64,000 bases of DNA. It comes from an uncultured Verrucomicrobiota bacterium (lineage in GTDB: Bacteria > Verrucomicrobiota > Kiritimatiellia > Kiritimatiellales > Tichowtungiaceae). The notes beneath the pieces were generated by a model. It saw only the letters and a program-made list of their open reading frames with translations. It ran no database searches and had not been told where the DNA came from. Below, one piece after another: positions 1 through 8,657 of the stretch. The first letter of the stretch is position 1. Each line of letters begins with the position of its first letter. The DNA is taken from the NCBI GenBank assembly GCA_964476065.1, contig CAYYYX010000003.1, positions 1,906 through 65,905 on the forward strand, given 5' to 3'. A program made the translations under genes and the position numbers.

Positions 1-51
1 AAAAATCATCAAAGTTCGTCCCGGCCTTCCGGCTTGAATCCTCGCAGCCTT

Positions 52-79
52 CTAATAAACCCCTAATGCTCTCCTAACA
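52..79 (+). promoter_or_regulatory. Candidate Pho box upstream of pstS: direct hexamers CTAATA (52), CTAATG (63), CTAACA (74) with exact 11-bp phasing
   Basis: Read directly from the sequence. Hexamer direct repeats phased at 11 bp are the PhoB/PhoP box architecture. phoB-phoR lie in the same cluster. The 10-mer tcctaacacg recurs at 1616. Confidence 0.4.
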
Positions 80-195
80 CGTCGTCTTCATATTCTGAAC
101 CGTACAAAGCGGATGACGGAAGTTGGAGGCGAAAGGAAAGACCTCCCGCCGGAGTCCGCACTAACGAACTCAGTTGAAAACTAGGAGACTCTAAA

Positions 196-1014
196 ATGAA
201 AAAAGTACTATTCAGTAGCATCCTCATCGCCGCCGTCGCACTCAGCGCCGTCGCCGAAGATAAAATCGTCCTCGATGGGTCCACCACCGTTGGCCCCATC
301 GCCAAAGCCTTCGCCGAATATTTCATGTCGGCTCATCCCGACGTGAACATCACCGTCAGCGAGTCCGGTAGCGGCAACGGTGCCAAAAGCCTCGTCAACG
401 GCGTGTGCGATGTCGCCAACATGTCCCGCCCAATGAAAGACAACGAATTCACTGCCGCCGCAGGGAAGGGCATCCAGCCCGTTGCTCATGTGGTTGCGCT
501 CGACGGACTACCGATCCTCGTCAACCCGCAGAACCCCGTCAAAGGGCTCACCCTCGAACAGGTGCGCGACATCTACCTCGGAAAAATCTCCAACTGGAAA
601 CAGGTTGGCGGCCCGGATCTGAACATTGTTGTCATCAGCCGTGACACCAACTCCGGCACCTACGAAACCTTCGAAAAAATGGTCATGGCCAAACAGAAAA
701 TAACTGGAAAGGCTGAATACGTCGGCAGCAACGGCGCCATTCGCCAGCGCGTACAAAGCACCCCGGCCGCCATCGGCTATGCCGGACTCGGCTTCGTCGA
801 CAAAACCGTCAAAGCCCTCGAAGTCAACGGCGTCTACCCGAGCGGAGCCACTGTCCAGACCGGCGAATACCCGATTGCCCGCCCGCTCTTCATGTACACC
901 AGCGGCTATCCGAAACTCGGATCCTCCGTCTACCAGTTCGTCACCATCCACCTGACCGAAGACGGACAGGAAATCGTCGAAGAAATCGGATTCGTCCCGG
1001 TAACGGCTTACTAA
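196..1014 (+). CDS. pstS: Phosphate ABC transporter substrate-binding protein PstS
   Basis: 272-aa ORF with signal peptide MKKVLFSSILIAAVALSAVA. PstS-like motifs DGSTTVGP, SGSGNG, YPIARPLF. AGGAG ribosome-binding site upstream. Followed by pstC/A/B. Confidence 0.92.
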   Translation: MKKVLFSSILIAAVALSAVAEDKIVLDGSTTVGPIAKAFAEYFMSAHPDVNITVSESGSGNGAKSLVNGVCDVANMSRPMKDNEFTAAAGKGIQPVAHVVALDGLPILVNPQNPVKGLTLEQVRDIYLGKISNWKQVGGPDLNIVVISRDTNSGTYETFEKMVMAKQKITGKAEYVGSNGAIRQRVQSTPAAIGYAGLGFVDKTVKALEVNGVYPSGATVQTGEYPIARPLFMYTSGYPKLGSSVYQFVTIHLTEDGQEIVEEIGFVPVTAY

Positions 1015-1037
1015 GCCTCAGCAACACAACCGAAAGA

Positions 1038-1077
1038 GCGGGTTTTCCAAACCTTGGAAAACCCGCGTTTTTGTTTT
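1038..1077 (+). terminator. Rho-independent terminator after pstS, built on a TTCCAA-N3-TTGGAA core
   Basis: Perfect 29-nt palindrome gcgggttttccaaaccttggaaaacccgc followed by gtttttgtttt. Confidence 0.7.
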
Positions 1078-1184
1078 CCCTTCCGCTCCCGTTGAAATCC
1101 CGTATGCTGATTGGCCGATGTTTCAGGGAGCGGAAAAGATGGAACCTTCTACAACACCGTCAAAACATCCGACTGAAGGGGTGA

Positions 1185-1610
1185 GATTACACCTCGCCGG
1201 GCGGCTATTTCGTAACCATCAACACGCACGAAAGCCAGGCGCTGTTCGGCGCGATCATCAACGGGGAAATGGTGCTTAATGAGGCGGGGAAGATTGCCGA
1301 AGAGAAATGGCGTAAAAGTGCGGCCATCCGCAATTATATCCGATTTAATCCGCAGAATTATGATGTCGTGATGAATGTTGGAGAACCGCAGTTCCTTGGA
1401 GACCGCGCGCTCCTCGAACGGCCGAAAGTCGGGTTCCTTTCTTCGAGGGGTGCGGATGCCCCGCATGGCCGCTTGCCGGTCAAATTCGGCAAGGCCATTA
1501 TCAGTGGATTTCTTTCTCCCATGGAGCGCGCGGTTTTCAACGCCGGGCTGGAGTATAAAAAGCCGCTTGCTCATCATCTCGCCCTTTGCCGTTCATTCGC
1601 GGTTAAATAA
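1185..1610 (+). pseudogene. Decayed mosaic ORF: N-terminal fragment of a Y1 (IS200/RAYT, COG1943-like) transposase without the HUH motif, followed by a possible DprA/Smf-like fragment
   Basis: In-frame translation GGYFVTINTHESQALFGAIINGEMVLNEAGKIAEEKWRKSAAIR...YDVVMN resembles the N-terminus of RAYT-type proteins but stops where MPNH-H-G (HUH) should be. There is no ATG at the frame start. The tail LLERPKVGFLSSRG...AIISGFLSPMERAV looks DprA-like, recognised from memory only. Confidence 0.4.
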
Positions 1611-1617
1611 CTCCTTC

Positions 1618-1645
1618 CTAACACGGGGCTAATCGTTTTCTAACA
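1618..1645 (+). promoter_or_regulatory. Second candidate Pho box, upstream of pstC: CTAACA (1618), CTAATC (1629), CTAACA (1640) at 11-bp phasing
   Basis: Same hexamer family and phasing as at 52-79. Lies 22 nt upstream of the pstC start. Confidence 0.4.
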
Positions 1646-1667
1646 TTGGGCGGGCATTCTCTGTCCC

Positions 1668-2825
1668 ATGTTAGAAAACAGTTCAACAACTCCAGCGTCC
1701 AGACGAAGCCTGGTGATGAGCGCGAGTAGCAGCCGCTGGCGGCGCTTGGGTGCCATGTTGGGGCAAGGGTCTCTTTTTCTGATCACCTCTCTTTCCACTT
1801 TCGCGGTGTTCTTCATTTTCTATTTCATCGCCAAAGACGCGATCCCGTTTTTTCAACTGGAGGGCTTTAAGGAATTCTTCACGTCGACGAGCTGGTATCC
1901 GTCCGGTCATCCGGCCGAGTTCGGTGCGATGTCGATTTTCTTTGGAACGGCGATTGTGACGTTCGGCGCGGTGGTGGTTGCGGTTCCGCTCGGTGTTTCC
2001 GCCGCGGTTTGTCTGAGCGATGTGCTTCCATTTTCAGCGCGGCAGGTGGTGAAGCCGGTCATCGAAATTCTGGCGGCGATTCCGTCGGTGGCGTACGGAT
2101 TTTTTGCACTGGTTGTTTTGGCTCCTCTTTTACAGGAGAAGGGCGGCGCGGTTCTTTCATTGGCTTCGTGGCTGGTCATCGGCCCCGTGTTGGTTTTAGC
2201 GATCTTTGTCTTGGGCGATCTGATTGCAGGTCGTGCACCGGAGCGATTCCAACGAATGACTCGTTGGGTGAGTATTCTATTTCTCGGTGCGGTGGGCTTT
2301 GTGTTGATGAAGAACCTAAGCGCGACGCTGTCGGCCATTGAGATTGCCAGCGGAACCAATGCGCTCAACGTTTCCCTCATTCTCGGGATCATGGCGCTCC
2401 CTACGGTGGTCAGCGTTTCGGAGGATGCCCTGCAAGCGACCGGTCGTGATCTGCGCGAAGGTAGTTATGCCCTCGGCGCAACCCGCGCCGAAACGATTGT
2501 CCGAACCGTCATCCCCGCCTCGCTCAGTGGAATTCTTGCAGCGGTCATTTTGGGCGTGATGCGGGCGGTCGGCGAAACGATGGTGGTCTGGATGGCCTCC
2601 GGAAACTCCGCGCGGTTGCCGTCGCCGTGGTACAACGTGTTGCAACCCGTTCGTACACTCACCGCCACCATCGCGGGCGATATGGGCGAGGCCGACCACG
2701 TCACCGGGTCGTCCCGCTTTCACGTCCTCTTTGCGATGGCGCTCTGCCTGCTCGCCTTTTCATTCATCATGAACCTCGTCAGTGAGGCCATTGTCCGCCG
2801 TTCGCGGAAGAAAATGGGTAAGTAA
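1668..2825 (+). CDS. pstC: Phosphate ABC transporter permease PstC
   Basis: 385 aa, multi-TM. Permease EAA-type loop SEDALQATGRDLREGSYALGATRAETI. Positioned between pstS and pstA. Confidence 0.9.
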   Translation: MLENSSTTPASRRSLVMSASSSRWRRLGAMLGQGSLFLITSLSTFAVFFIFYFIAKDAIPFFQLEGFKEFFTSTSWYPSGHPAEFGAMSIFFGTAIVTFGAVVVAVPLGVSAAVCLSDVLPFSARQVVKPVIEILAAIPSVAYGFFALVVLAPLLQEKGGAVLSLASWLVIGPVLVLAIFVLGDLIAGRAPERFQRMTRWVSILFLGAVGFVLMKNLSATLSAIEIASGTNALNVSLILGIMALPTVVSVSEDALQATGRDLREGSYALGATRAETIVRTVIPASLSGILAAVILGVMRAVGETMVVWMASGNSARLPSPWYNVLQPVRTLTATIAGDMGEADHVTGSSRFHVLFAMALCLLAFSFIMNLVSEAIVRRSRKKMGK

Positions 2826-2988
2826 GGGATTGGAATAGTGGAATGAAGGATTGTTGGAATAATGGAATAGAGATGAGCAGGAGCTCTGGAGGAGTTATGT
2901 CTTTCCAGTCTCTAATTTTTCCCGTGTTTCAATATTCCCATATTCCAGTATTCCAATTTTCTGCATTTGAATTCCGGAGGAATGCATA
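2826..2988 (+). repeat. GGAAT/ATTCC intercistronic inverted-repeat element, copy 1 (pstC|pstA)
   Basis: Left arm attggaatagtggaatgaaggattgttggaataatggaatagag (2829-2872). Right arm tttcaatattcccatattccagtattccaatttt (2927-2960). Right arm ends 28 nt before the pstA ATG. Confidence 0.75.
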
Positions 2989-4335
2989 ATGCGTCTTGCG
3001 ACCCGTAAACTTTTAGATCGATCTTTCTCCGGCATGGGGCTGGTTGCCATTGCTGTGATGGCGATGGCGCTGGTTGTCATTTTGGCTCCGATCATCGGGA
3101 AGGGCGCTGGCGCTTTCGTTTTCCGGGGAACGATTGAACATCGCAAAGTGATGTCCAATGTTTGGAACCGTGGCAACCCCGAACAGATGGCGGAGGCCAT
3201 CGCGCAAACGGATGCCGCACGTCAGCCGATTTACGACCTGATTTCTACGTTCGAGGCCGACCTGAAAGAACTGCCGCGTGCGGATCGCAAACCCTATAAG
3301 CAACCGCTTCGCGATTTGAAAAAATCGATTGCCAGCTTGTTGGGGCCTGAGCCCGGCGCACGAACTCCCGTGTTGATGCGCCAGCAGTACGGCGCAACCC
3401 GGATGGACCGCGCAGACATCAAGCTTCAAGAAATCCTGATGACCGAAGAGTGGGACTATTCGAATCCCGATGTGATGGGTGTGTTGGTGAAAACCCCGCG
3501 ACTCGAACAGTTCGCTGGAACCTCGCTGGAGCCGCTTTTCCAAACCTTGGAAGAAAACGTCGGTGCCCTGCTTCAGCCGCAGTTGACTTTCTATTGGCAG
3601 TTCCTCATCGACACCTCCAAAGACTCACACATTTTCGGCGGGATCGGCCCCGAGGTTCTCGGAACTCTTTATTTGACTCTCGGCGCGATGCTCTTCGCCA
3701 TTCCGATGGGGGTGATCGCCGCGATTTACCTGTGCGAATACGCCAAAGAAGGGCGCGGCATTAGTTTTATCCGCACCTGCATCAGCACGCTCGCCGGCGT
3801 TCCGAGTATCGTATTCGGGCTCTTTGGATTGGCCTTCTTTTTGAACACCATTCACATTTCAGATTCGAAAAGCGTTCTCGCCGGATCGCTCACGCTCGCG
3901 CTACTGGTTTTGCCGACCATCATCCGATCCTCGGAAGAAGCGATCCTCGCTGTGCCGCGCGCCTATAAAGAAGCAGCCATGAGCCTCGGCGCGGGCAAGT
4001 GGCACACGGTGCTCACCGTCATTCTGCCTGCCGCGCTGCCGGGGATTTTGACCGGAGTGGTTATCAGCATGGGACGCGCCGCCGGTGAAACCGCGCCGAT
4101 CATTTTCACTGCCGCCGTCAGCGTAGGCCGTCCGCTTCTTCCGTTGCAAACGCTCTCGCAACCGACGCCCGCGCTACCGTGGAATATTTATAATCTCTGT
4201 ACCGAGCACGAAGCCGTTGACGAAATCCGCCACGTCCAATTTGGAATGGTCTTTACGTTGATCGCTATTGTTCTGTTGCTCAATACCGTCGCCATCATCA
4301 TGCGCGCTCGCATCTCCAAAAAACTGAGAGGATAG
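2989..4335 (+). CDS. pstA: Phosphate ABC transporter permease PstA (long form)
   Basis: 448 aa. EAA loop SEEAILAVPRAYKEAAMSLGAGKWHT. Large extracytoplasmic insert after TM1. Positioned between pstC and pstB. Confidence 0.9.
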   Translation: MRLATRKLLDRSFSGMGLVAIAVMAMALVVILAPIIGKGAGAFVFRGTIEHRKVMSNVWNRGNPEQMAEAIAQTDAARQPIYDLISTFEADLKELPRADRKPYKQPLRDLKKSIASLLGPEPGARTPVLMRQQYGATRMDRADIKLQEILMTEEWDYSNPDVMGVLVKTPRLEQFAGTSLEPLFQTLEENVGALLQPQLTFYWQFLIDTSKDSHIFGGIGPEVLGTLYLTLGAMLFAIPMGVIAAIYLCEYAKEGRGISFIRTCISTLAGVPSIVFGLFGLAFFLNTIHISDSKSVLAGSLTLALLVLPTIIRSSEEAILAVPRAYKEAAMSLGAGKWHTVLTVILPAALPGILTGVVISMGRAAGETAPIIFTAAVSVGRPLLPLQTLSQPTPALPWNIYNLCTEHEAVDEIRHVQFGMVFTLIAIVLLLNTVAIIMRARISKKLRG

Positions 4336-4509
4336 GGAAAGTGGAATGATGGAATAAAGGAATGTTGGGGGGAGGGAGAGCGGAATGTTGGAATATTGGG
4401 ATAAAGGAATGTTGGGATATTGGATGAATAGAGTCGTGGAATATGGGTCGGGAATTTTCCGATTCCATTGTTCCATCATTCCAGTATTCCATTTCCCCAT
4501 GGAGGTTTT
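4336..4509 (+). repeat. GGAAT/ATTCC intercistronic inverted-repeat element, copy 2 (pstA|pstB)
   Basis: GGAAT-rich arm gtggaatgatggaataaaggaatgttgg...cggaatgttggaatattgggataaaggaatgttgggatattgg. ATTCC arm gattccattgttccatcattccagtattccatttcc ends at the GGAGG ribosome-binding site of pstB. Confidence 0.75.
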
Positions 4510-5334
4510 ATGAGTGAAGAAATAAAAATGAAAAAGGCCGCGCATTTTGCGGAGTACGAAAAGGGTACGCCCGGCAAAAAGTCCGATCATATTAAAACGG
4601 AAGATTTTTCCGTATTCTATGGCGATTTCGAAGCCGTGAAAAAGGTGACCTGCGGATTTCCGAAAGGGCTCGTCACTGCCATGATCGGGCCGAGTGGATG
4701 CGGGAAAAGCACGATGCTCCGCTCGATCAACCGTATGAACGACCTCATCCCGCGGTGCCGGGCCAAAGGCAAAATGGTTTTTGCCGACGAAAATATTTAT
4801 AGCCGGGATGTCGATGTGGTTTCGCTTCGGATGCGTGTCGGCATGGTATTTCAAAAACCCAATGTCTTTCCAAAATCCATTTACGACAACATCGCTTATG
4901 GCCCGCGATTGCAAGGCATCCGCAATCGAGCGCAACTCGATGAGCTCGTCGAGAACAGCCTTCGCCAAGCCGCTATTTGGGACGAAGTGAAAGATCGCCT
5001 CACCTCCAATGCGCTTGGCATGTCCGGGGGGCAGCAACAGCGCCTTTGCTTGGCTCGCGCTCTAGCTGTGAAACCCGAAATCCTGCTGATGGACGAGCCG
5101 ACCTCCGCGCTCGACCCCAAAGCCACGGCAAAAATCGAAGACCTGATTGCCCAGCTGCGTGGGCAATACACCTTGATCATCGTTACGCACAATATGCAAC
5201 AGGCCGCCCGCGTTTCAGATCTGACCGCCTTTATGTACGAAGGAACGCTGGTGGAATTTGGAGAAACGAAAGAAATATTCACTCGCCCCGCAAAGCAACA
5301 AACCGAAGACTACATCACTGGACGATTTGGGTAG
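4510..5334 (+). CDS. pstB: Phosphate import ATP-binding protein PstB
   Basis: Walker [10 protein letters not shown], signature SGGQQQR, Walker [12 protein letters not shown]. Start placed at ATG 4510 behind GGAGG. The ORF-track start at 4468 reads through the repeat element. Confidence 0.93.
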   Translation: MSEEIKMKKAAHFAEYEKGTPGKKSDHIKTEDFSVFYGDFEAVKKVTCGFPKGLVTAMIGPSGCGKSTMLRSINRMNDLIPRCRAKGKMVFADENIYSRDVDVVSLRMRVGMVFQKPNVFPKSIYDNIAYGPRLQGIRNRAQLDELVENSLRQAAIWDEVKDRLTSNALGMSGGQQQRLCLARALAVKPEILLMDEPTSALDPKATAKIEDLIAQLRGQYTLIIVTHNMQQAARVSDLTAFMYEGTLVEFGETKEIFTRPAKQQTEDYITGRFG

Positions 5335-5386
5335 GAAAAGAAGGTCAAATAGCGAATATAGAATAAGGAACCGCAGAAGGGACGAT

Positions 5387-5423
5387 CCCCTCCATTGGAG
5401 GGGTGCCCGAAGGGCGGGGTGGG
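5387..5423 (+). repeat. CCCCTCC-N3-GGAGGGG hairpin repeat with GC-rich tail (family also at 51050-51130)
   Basis: cccctccattggaggggtgcccgaagggcggggtggg. Compare 51072-51088 cccctccagaggagggg and 51098-51130. Confidence 0.6.
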
Positions 5424-5474
5424 TTTTCTGCTTCCAGTTTCAAATTTCAAAATTCACTCCAAAGGAGATTCAAT

Positions 5475-6143
5475 ATGTCACAAGTATTCATGAACGAAGT
5501 GGAACGGCTGAAGCGCCAGATTCTCAGTTTGAGCGCGATGGTCGAAGAGCATGTCATGCTCACGGTTAATGCGCTGCGGGAACGCGACGAAGCAAAAGCC
5601 AAGCAGGTGGTTAACAATGACAACCAAATTGATGCCGCCGAAGTCGAAGTGGAGGAGGAGGGGCTTAAAATCCTTGCGCTTCATCAACCCGTTGCGATCG
5701 ACCTCCGGTTTGTGACCGCCGTGCTCAAAATTAATAATGATTTGGAGCGGATCGGCGATATTGCGTCCAACGTCGCCAGGCGTACGCGGCGTCTTTGCCA
5801 AAATCCCGAAGTGGATGTTCCTTCTGAACTGATTGAGCTGGGCCGGCATGTTCGCGATATGCTCCACGACTCCCTAGATGCGTTTGTGATTCTTGATCCT
5901 GAAAAAGCGCTGGCCATTTGCGCCCGCGATGACCGTGCCGACGAGTTGACCCGAAGGGTTCGAACGCTGGCTCAAGAAGCAGCGGTGAATGATTCAGAAC
6001 GCTTGCCTCTTTATGTGGATATCATCCTCGCCGCCCGTAATTTTGAACGTATCGGCGATCTGGCCACGAACATCTGTGAAGACGTCATCTATATGGTGCG
6101 TGGTGAAATTGTCCGGCACAAAGACCTTGCAGAGTGCGATTGA
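5475..6143 (+). CDS. phoU: Phosphate signalling regulator PhoU
   Basis: 222 aa. Two PhoU repeats with ...NNDLERIGDIASN... and ...ARNFERIGDLATN.... AAGGAG ribosome-binding site before ATG 5475. Follows pstB. Confidence 0.9.
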   Translation: MSQVFMNEVERLKRQILSLSAMVEEHVMLTVNALRERDEAKAKQVVNNDNQIDAAEVEVEEEGLKILALHQPVAIDLRFVTAVLKINNDLERIGDIASNVARRTRRLCQNPEVDVPSELIELGRHVRDMLHDSLDAFVILDPEKALAICARDDRADELTRRVRTLAQEAAVNDSERLPLYVDIILAARNFERIGDLATNICEDVIYMVRGEIVRHKDLAECD

Positions 6144-6200
6144 TTTGTGCTGGCTCCGACCTATTGCCTCCATTACTCTGACGCGCAAGAAAGCTCTCTT

Positions 6201-6890
6201 ATGAAAAACCATATTTTGATTGTTGAAGACGAAGAGGATATTCGCGAACTCGTTCGTTATAACCTCGAGCGCGAAGGGTTCAGTGTTTCTGAGGCGGAGT
6301 CTGGGGAAGAGGGGCTGAAAAAAGTTTTGAAAAAGAGACCCGACCTGATCCTGCTTGATTTGATGCTCCCGGGAAAAGACGGGATGCAGGTTTGCCGGGA
6401 ACTCAAACAAAATGAAGAGGCCCGCAGCATTCCGATCCTCATGATGACAGCGCGCGGCGAAGAGAGCGATATTGTCGCGGGGCTCGAGCTGGGGGCCGAA
6501 GATTACATTGTTAAACCCTTTAGCCCTAAGGTGCTGATGGCGCGCGTTAAAGCGGTTTTGCGGCGTAACACCTCGCCCGAGCCTGCCGATGAAGCGGTTC
6601 TCAGTATCGGAGATCTCGTAATTCATCCCGGACGCCATCAAGTCACCGTGGGCGGAAAACCGGTGGATCTAACCGCCACCGAGTTCGGAGTTTTGCATCT
6701 GTTGGCCCGCCGTCCCGGTTGGGTGTTTACGCGCTATCAAATTGTCGATGCAGTACACGGCGAAGATTATCCAGTCACCGAACGTTCCGTGGATGTGCAG
6801 ATCGTCGGGTTGCGTAAAAAGATGAAGAAGGCAGGCACGCTGATCGAAACCGTGCGAGGGATCGGCTATCGGTTCGGAGACGGGGCTTGA
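6201..6890 (+). CDS. phoB: OmpR-family response regulator, PhoB-like
   Basis: Receiver domain MKNHILIVEDEEDI...DLILLDLMLPGKDG, then a winged-helix C-terminus (VDVQIVGLRKK...TVRGIGYRF). Stop overlaps the phoR start. Confidence 0.85.
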   Translation: MKNHILIVEDEEDIRELVRYNLEREGFSVSEAESGEEGLKKVLKKRPDLILLDLMLPGKDGMQVCRELKQNEEARSIPILMMTARGEESDIVAGLELGAEDYIVKPFSPKVLMARVKAVLRRNTSPEPADEAVLSIGDLVIHPGRHQVTVGGKPVDLTATEFGVLHLLARRPGWVFTRYQIVDAVHGEDYPVTERSVDVQIVGLRKKMKKAGTLIETVRGIGYRFGDGA

Positions 6891-8656
6891 TGAAAGCCAA
6901 ACGAATTTTTTGGAAGCTGTATCCGAGTTATCTCCTCGTCACATTGCTTTCGCTGGCGGCCGTCTTTTTTCTCTCTTCATCGGCGCTGCGCCAGTTCTAT
7001 GAAGGGCAAACTTCGGACAGTCTCAAGGTGCAAGCCTCTTTTGCGGGCGAGCAGATGCGGGGGCAATTCGGGTCAGACCAGCTTGCTCAGACGACAGATC
7101 GTTTGGGGAGTCAGACCTCGGCGCGGATCACGGTCATTCTTCCCGACGGGTTGGTCGTGGGCGAGTCTGAAAAAGCCCCGTCCAAAATGGGTAATCATCG
7201 CGTCCGTCCTGAAATACAGGAAGCGTTGAGCGGACGGATCGGAGAATCGGTCCGTTTCAGTAATACACTGAAGAAAAATATGATGTATGTCGCGGTGCCC
7301 GTTTTACGTGACGACGAGGTGATTGGGGTTGTTCGCGCGGCTCTTCCGCTCTCGGAAATGGAACAACTGTTCGACCCAATGCAACAGCGTATCATCTGGG
7401 GCGGTCTCGCCATTCTTTTGTTGGCGGCAATTTTTAGCTTGGTGATCTCTCGTCGCATTTCTCAGCCTCTCGAAAAAATTAAGCAGGGGGCGGAGCGCTT
7501 TGCCGACGGGGATTTTTCTCATCGGCTTCATCCCGGTGGGTCCGCCGAAATTGGTTCTCTGGCGGAAAGCATGAACAGCATGGCTGCTCAGTTTGAAGAA
7601 CGTTTGAGCTCGGTGGTTCAGGAGCGCAATCAGCGCGAAGCCATCCTTTCCAGTATGGTCGAGGGCGTGTTGGCGGTCGATACCGAGGGCCACATCATCA
7701 GCCTCAACAAAGCTGCCGCGCATTTTTTCCAAGTGTTGGACCCTGCCACAGCCACCGGACGCAGTATCGAAGAGGTCTTCCGGAACGTGAAGCTACAGAA
7801 GTTTATCAGTGAAGTTCTCGAAGCGCAGGAAACCTGCGAGTGCGAATTTCAGGTGCAGAACAACGAACGGTTTGATCTGCAGGCGCGCGGCACCAACTTG
7901 CTCGGCGTGCAGGGCGAGCGGGTCGGCGCCGTCGTGGTCTTTAACGATGTCTCCCGCCTGCGGCGTCTCGAAAATCTGCGGCGCGACTTCGTGGCCAATG
8001 TCTCCCACGAATTGAAGACTCCGATTACCTCGATTAAAGGATTTGTCGAAACGCTGCTCGATGGCGCGATGAACGATCCTGCCGAAGGCGAGCGCTTCCT
8101 CACGATCGTTGCGAAACACGCCGACCGCCTCAACGCCATCATTGACGATTTGCTCACACTCTCTCGCCTCGAACAGGGAAGCATTGAAGAGCTAGATGTG
8201 TATCCGGCAAATTTGGCTGGGTTGATTCGTTCGTCGGTTGAGGTCTGTTCGCGCCGCGCCACGAAGAAAGGGATCAGCGTTCGGGTGGAGTGCCCGGAAG
8301 AACTCAGCGTCCGAGTCAGTCAGCCTCTCATTGAGCAGGCACTCATCAACCTCATCGGCAATGCGGTTAAATACAGCGCCGACGATAAAACCGTTAGGAT
8401 TTATGTGCGGGCTGAAGCGGGCGAAACCATTCTCTCTGTAGAGGATCAGGGCTACGGGGTCGAATCCGAGCATCTTGACCGGCTTTTCGAGCGGTTCTAC
8501 CGCGTCGACAAAGGCCGTAGCCGCCAAGAGGGTGGAACCGGGCTGGGTCTCGCCATCGTCAAGCATATCGCGCAGGTCCACGGCGGGCGTGTCGAAGTTC
8601 AAAGCACCTTCGGGCAAGGCTCCGTCTTTGCCATCTTTCTTCCCGCCACATCCTAG
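6887..8656 (+). CDS. phoR: Sensor histidine kinase, PhoR-like (TM-HAMP-PAS-HisKA-HATPase)
   Basis: 589 aa. H-box LRRDFVANVSHELKTPITSIKGF. ATPase motifs GNAVKYS and GGTGLGLAIVKH. Translationally coupled to phoB. Confidence 0.85.
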   Translation: MMKAKRIFWKLYPSYLLVTLLSLAAVFFLSSSALRQFYEGQTSDSLKVQASFAGEQMRGQFGSDQLAQTTDRLGSQTSARITVILPDGLVVGESEKAPSKMGNHRVRPEIQEALSGRIGESVRFSNTLKKNMMYVAVPVLRDDEVIGVVRAALPLSEMEQLFDPMQQRIIWGGLAILLLAAIFSLVISRRISQPLEKIKQGAERFADGDFSHRLHPGGSAEIGSLAESMNSMAAQFEERLSSVVQERNQREAILSSMVEGVLAVDTEGHIISLNKAAAHFFQVLDPATATGRSIEEVFRNVKLQKFISEVLEAQETCECEFQVQNNERFDLQARGTNLLGVQGERVGAVVVFNDVSRLRRLENLRRDFVANVSHELKTPITSIKGFVETLLDGAMNDPAEGERFLTIVAKHADRLNAIIDDLLTLSRLEQGSIEELDVYPANLAGLIRSSVEVCSRRATKKGISVRVECPEELSVRVSQPLIEQALINLIGNAVKYSADDKTVRIYVRAEAGETILSVEDQGYGVESEHLDRLFERFYRVDKGRSRQEGGTGLGLAIVKHIAQVHGGRVEVQSTFGQGSVFAIFLPATS

Positions 8657-8657
8657 T

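Noticed and set aside
63-326. 87-aa minus-strand ORF overlapping the pstS start.
   Set aside because: It overlaps the pstS ribosome-binding site, signal peptide and candidate Pho box. No ribosome-binding site and no family resemblance.
589-600. tccaactggaa inside pstS as a copy of the 15-mer.
   Set aside because: Wrong spacing (a 1-nt spacer) and half-sites lacking the outer T/A; not the same motif.
4468-4509. N-terminal extensions offered by the ORF track for pstB (4468), phoU (5403), phoB (6147), nadA (44611), csoR (44620), rnc (50228), argC (26110), the lipoprotein (59214) and the hydroxylase (36316).
   Set aside because: The extensions translate repeat elements (WNxG/IPxFHHS, SNxWK, FQCLE peptides) or overlap the neighbouring gene. 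Internal ATGs with good Shine-Dalgarno sequences give canonical N-termini.
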